Below, piece by piece: positions 25,855-27,694 of a stretch of 27,694 bases of DNA (position 1 is its first letter; the number at the start of each line of letters is the position of its first letter). Below the pieces are notes generated by a model that saw nothing but the letters and a program-made list of their open reading frames with translations, was not told where the DNA came from and made no database searches. The translations under genes and the position numbers were made by a program. This DNA is from Cyanobacteria bacterium P01_A01_bin.123 (lineage in GTDB: Bacteria > Cyanobacteriota > Cyanobacteriia > Phormidesmidales > Phormidesmidaceae): NCBI GenBank assembly GCA_039815185.1, contig JBCBZT010000075.1, positions 1 to 27,694 of the forward strand, given 5' to 3'.

Positions 25855-27144
25855 TCAGGCTTGATCAGATTCGACGCGACTGGACGCTCGATGTCGATCG
25901 ATATATCCTTCAACCGAGGACGGATCACGTTTCAATAGGGTGCTAGCAATCACGATGCCAATGATTGCCAACAGCCCCATGGGGTAAAAAGCATAGGTAT
26001 AGGTGCCAAACCAGTCCCGAATTTGCCCAGTCGTTAGGGTGCCTAACAGGGCACCCACACCATAGGCGCTAAAGACAAGCCCATAATTTTGAGCATAACG
26101 ATCAGGATTAAAAAAGCGCAGCGTCGTGGTGGGGGCCATGGCTAACCATCCACCTAAACAAAACCAAAACACACAGAAAGCAATTAAGTAGGTAGCCACC
26201 TGTCCCGCTTGGACATTAACCATCAGCACACAGGCAATCAAAACCAGCGTATAGGACGCGATCGCGACGTAATGGGGTTTAAAGCGATCGCTTAACCAAC
26301 CAAACAGGGGACGGCTGGCACCATTAAACACCGCAAATAGAGAGACGCTGCTAGCGGCTAGCCTCGGATCGATGTTGATAATCTCCTCACCCACCGGACT
26401 CGAAATGCCAATGGCGCTCAAACCGATCAGGGTACCAATTGCGTAGCATATCCATAGCCCATAAAAGGAGCGGCTTTTGAGTGGATTCGCAGGATAGGTA
26501 AGCGCTGGCGTGGCTGTCGATTGTTCAGACAAATTCTGTTGGGGATACCAGCCGTTGGGGGGCCATTTCAAGATGGTTGCAATCCCCAGGACAATGACGG
26601 TAAAGGCAATGCCTAAGATCCGCAGGGTAGGTCTAACAGAGTAGGCATTAATTAAGTTATTTGCTAGAGGGGCAGTGACTAGGGGAGAGAGTCCAAATCC
26701 AACAATGGTTAATCCAACTGCCAGTCCTTTTTTGTCTGGGAACCACCGTGCCGCGATCACCATGGGTACGCCATAGGCAATCCCCACGCCCGTCCCGGCA
26801 ATGACGCCATAGGTCATAGTAATCGTCCCAATGTTGGTGGCAAAGCTAGAGAGAATGTAGCCCGAGCCTACCAATATGCCGCCAATCGCGGTGACTGTCC
26901 GGGTGCCAATTTTAGCAATATAAAACCCGGTGACCGACACGAATAAAGAATAGAAAACCAGTGCCAAGGTATAGGGCAAAAGGCTTTCAGTGGCCCCGAT
27001 ATTGAGTTCGCCTTCCAGGGGCGTTCTGAAGACGCTCCAAGAATAAACGCTTCCCAAACAAAGTAAAACAGCCATCCCTAGAGGAATGAGTAACCATCTT
27101 CCTCGATCTGCCGGTAGTCGAAACAGCGTTAACTCTGAAGACAT
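25855..27144 (-). CDS. MFS transporter, oxalate/formate antiporter (OFA) / lactate-like family
   Basis: About twelve TM segments, with LGSVYSWSVF, ARWFPDKKGLAVG, FGWLSDRF and YAQNYGLVF. Confidence 0.92.
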   Translation of the reverse strand: MSSELTLFRLPADRGRWLLIPLGMAVLLCLGSVYSWSVFRTPLEGELNIGATESLLPYTLALVFYSLFVSVTGFYIAKIGTRTVTAIGGILVGSGYILSSFATNIGTITMTYGVIAGTGVGIAYGVPMVIAARWFPDKKGLAVGLTIVGFGLSPLVTAPLANNLINAYSVRPTLRILGIAFTVIVLGIATILKWPPNGWYPQQNLSEQSTATPALTYPANPLKSRSFYGLWICYAIGTLIGLSAIGISSPVGEEIINIDPRLAASSVSLFAVFNGASRPLFGWLSDRFKPHYVAIASYTLVLIACVLMVNVQAGQVATYLIAFCVFWFCLGGWLAMAPTTTLRFFNPDRYAQNYGLVFSAYGVGALLGTLTTGQIRDWFGTYTYAFYPMGLLAIIGIVIASTLLKRDPSSVEGYIDRHRASSRVESDQA

Positions 27145-27431
27145 TACGGGTTATATCCATAGGCTACAATCCCAGCAATCGTAACTCAATCAAGTGTGCA
27201 ACTTTCCTAAAAATTAGACTAAAAATGACACATTCCTAAAAGTTGGTAACTTTGCGAACATACCGGCAGCTAAATAGTATCTGATATAACAGTGCGATCG
27301 CGATGAATGCAACCGCGATAAATGCTATAGCTTAGATTGAATTAACTCAATCCAACCTACTGTGTCTAGCACTGGCTAGATTGTTGAATGTACCTAGTAG
27401 CACTGGGATACCCAATATACAAACAATTTGG

Positions 27432-27467
27432 ATTGCCGTAGCCATAAAGCCTTGTGGCTACGGCAAT
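27432..27467. repeat. 16-bp inverted repeat (hairpin)
   Basis: ATTGCCGTAGCCATAA-agcc-TTGTGGCTACGGCAAT, 15/16 matched. Confidence 0.8.
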
Positions 27468-27556
27468 AAATGCTCAACCCAATTGTTAACAGCAAATCCA
27501 ATTCGTTTTCGAAAACATGAAACTCGAAATGAATTTAGATATTCTGTGACTAATTA

Positions 27557-27694
27557 GGGCTCGCTGAAAAAGTCACTTTTGACGATTTTGTGAAACGGTA
27601 GCGCGATCAGACGTGTCCGGCAGACAGTGGTTAAGGTCATGCTTTGGCGAAGGTGTGACGGCCTTGCCAGGGAGCGACCGTAAGTCGCCAAAAA
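27557..27694. mobile_element. Probable end of an IS5-type insertion sequence extending beyond the window
   Basis: GGGCTCGCTGAAAAAGTC follows CTAATTA and resembles cyanobacterial IS5-type termini (GGGCTTGCTGAAwAA). There is an abrupt shift from AT-rich to more GC-rich sequence. No transposase motif is visible. Confidence 0.5.

Noticed and set aside
322..25928. Numerous 60-140 aa ORFs overlapping or antisense to the called genes
   Set aside because: Shadow ORFs with no recognisable motifs or initiation signals

Overview
Cyanobacterial chromosomal DNA: the HIP1 octamer GCGATCGC recurs throughout, and a Rubisco-activase-like gene with an RbcS-like domain and a Uma2 nuclease are present. The gene content suggests a filamentous Leptolyngbya/Nodosilinea-like host (inference). 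Both ends of the window lie in insertion sequences: an ISKra4-type transposase tail at 1-140 that truncates a small membrane-protein gene, and a probable IS5-type end from 27557. Left to right: Uma2 endonuclease; an AT-rich alpha/beta hydrolase; an ABC-2 permease / ArsC-Spx / carotenoid-oxidoreductase-like cluster; a decaying accessory island (about 4950-12090); wzc-wza exopolysaccharide export genes; a Zn-ribbon-YdcF gene; rca converging on an unannotated 360-aa protein; a YdeI/OmdA gene; a secreted 29-aa-repeat protein; a PPC-TPR-CHAT protease followed by a trypsin-like protease; a small secreted protein; and an OFA-type MFS transporter. The island holds small detoxification and regulatory genes, several gene remnants and three attC-like palindromes, with no integrase in view. 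The two strongest leads are (1) the protein next to rca, which carries the Cys/His/Cys signature of LCIB/theta-class carbonic anhydrases, and (2) the eroded integron-cassette-like (CALIN-type) array, which appears to have been reshuffled at HIP1 sites. All family assignments come from motif recognition by eye; no database searches were run.
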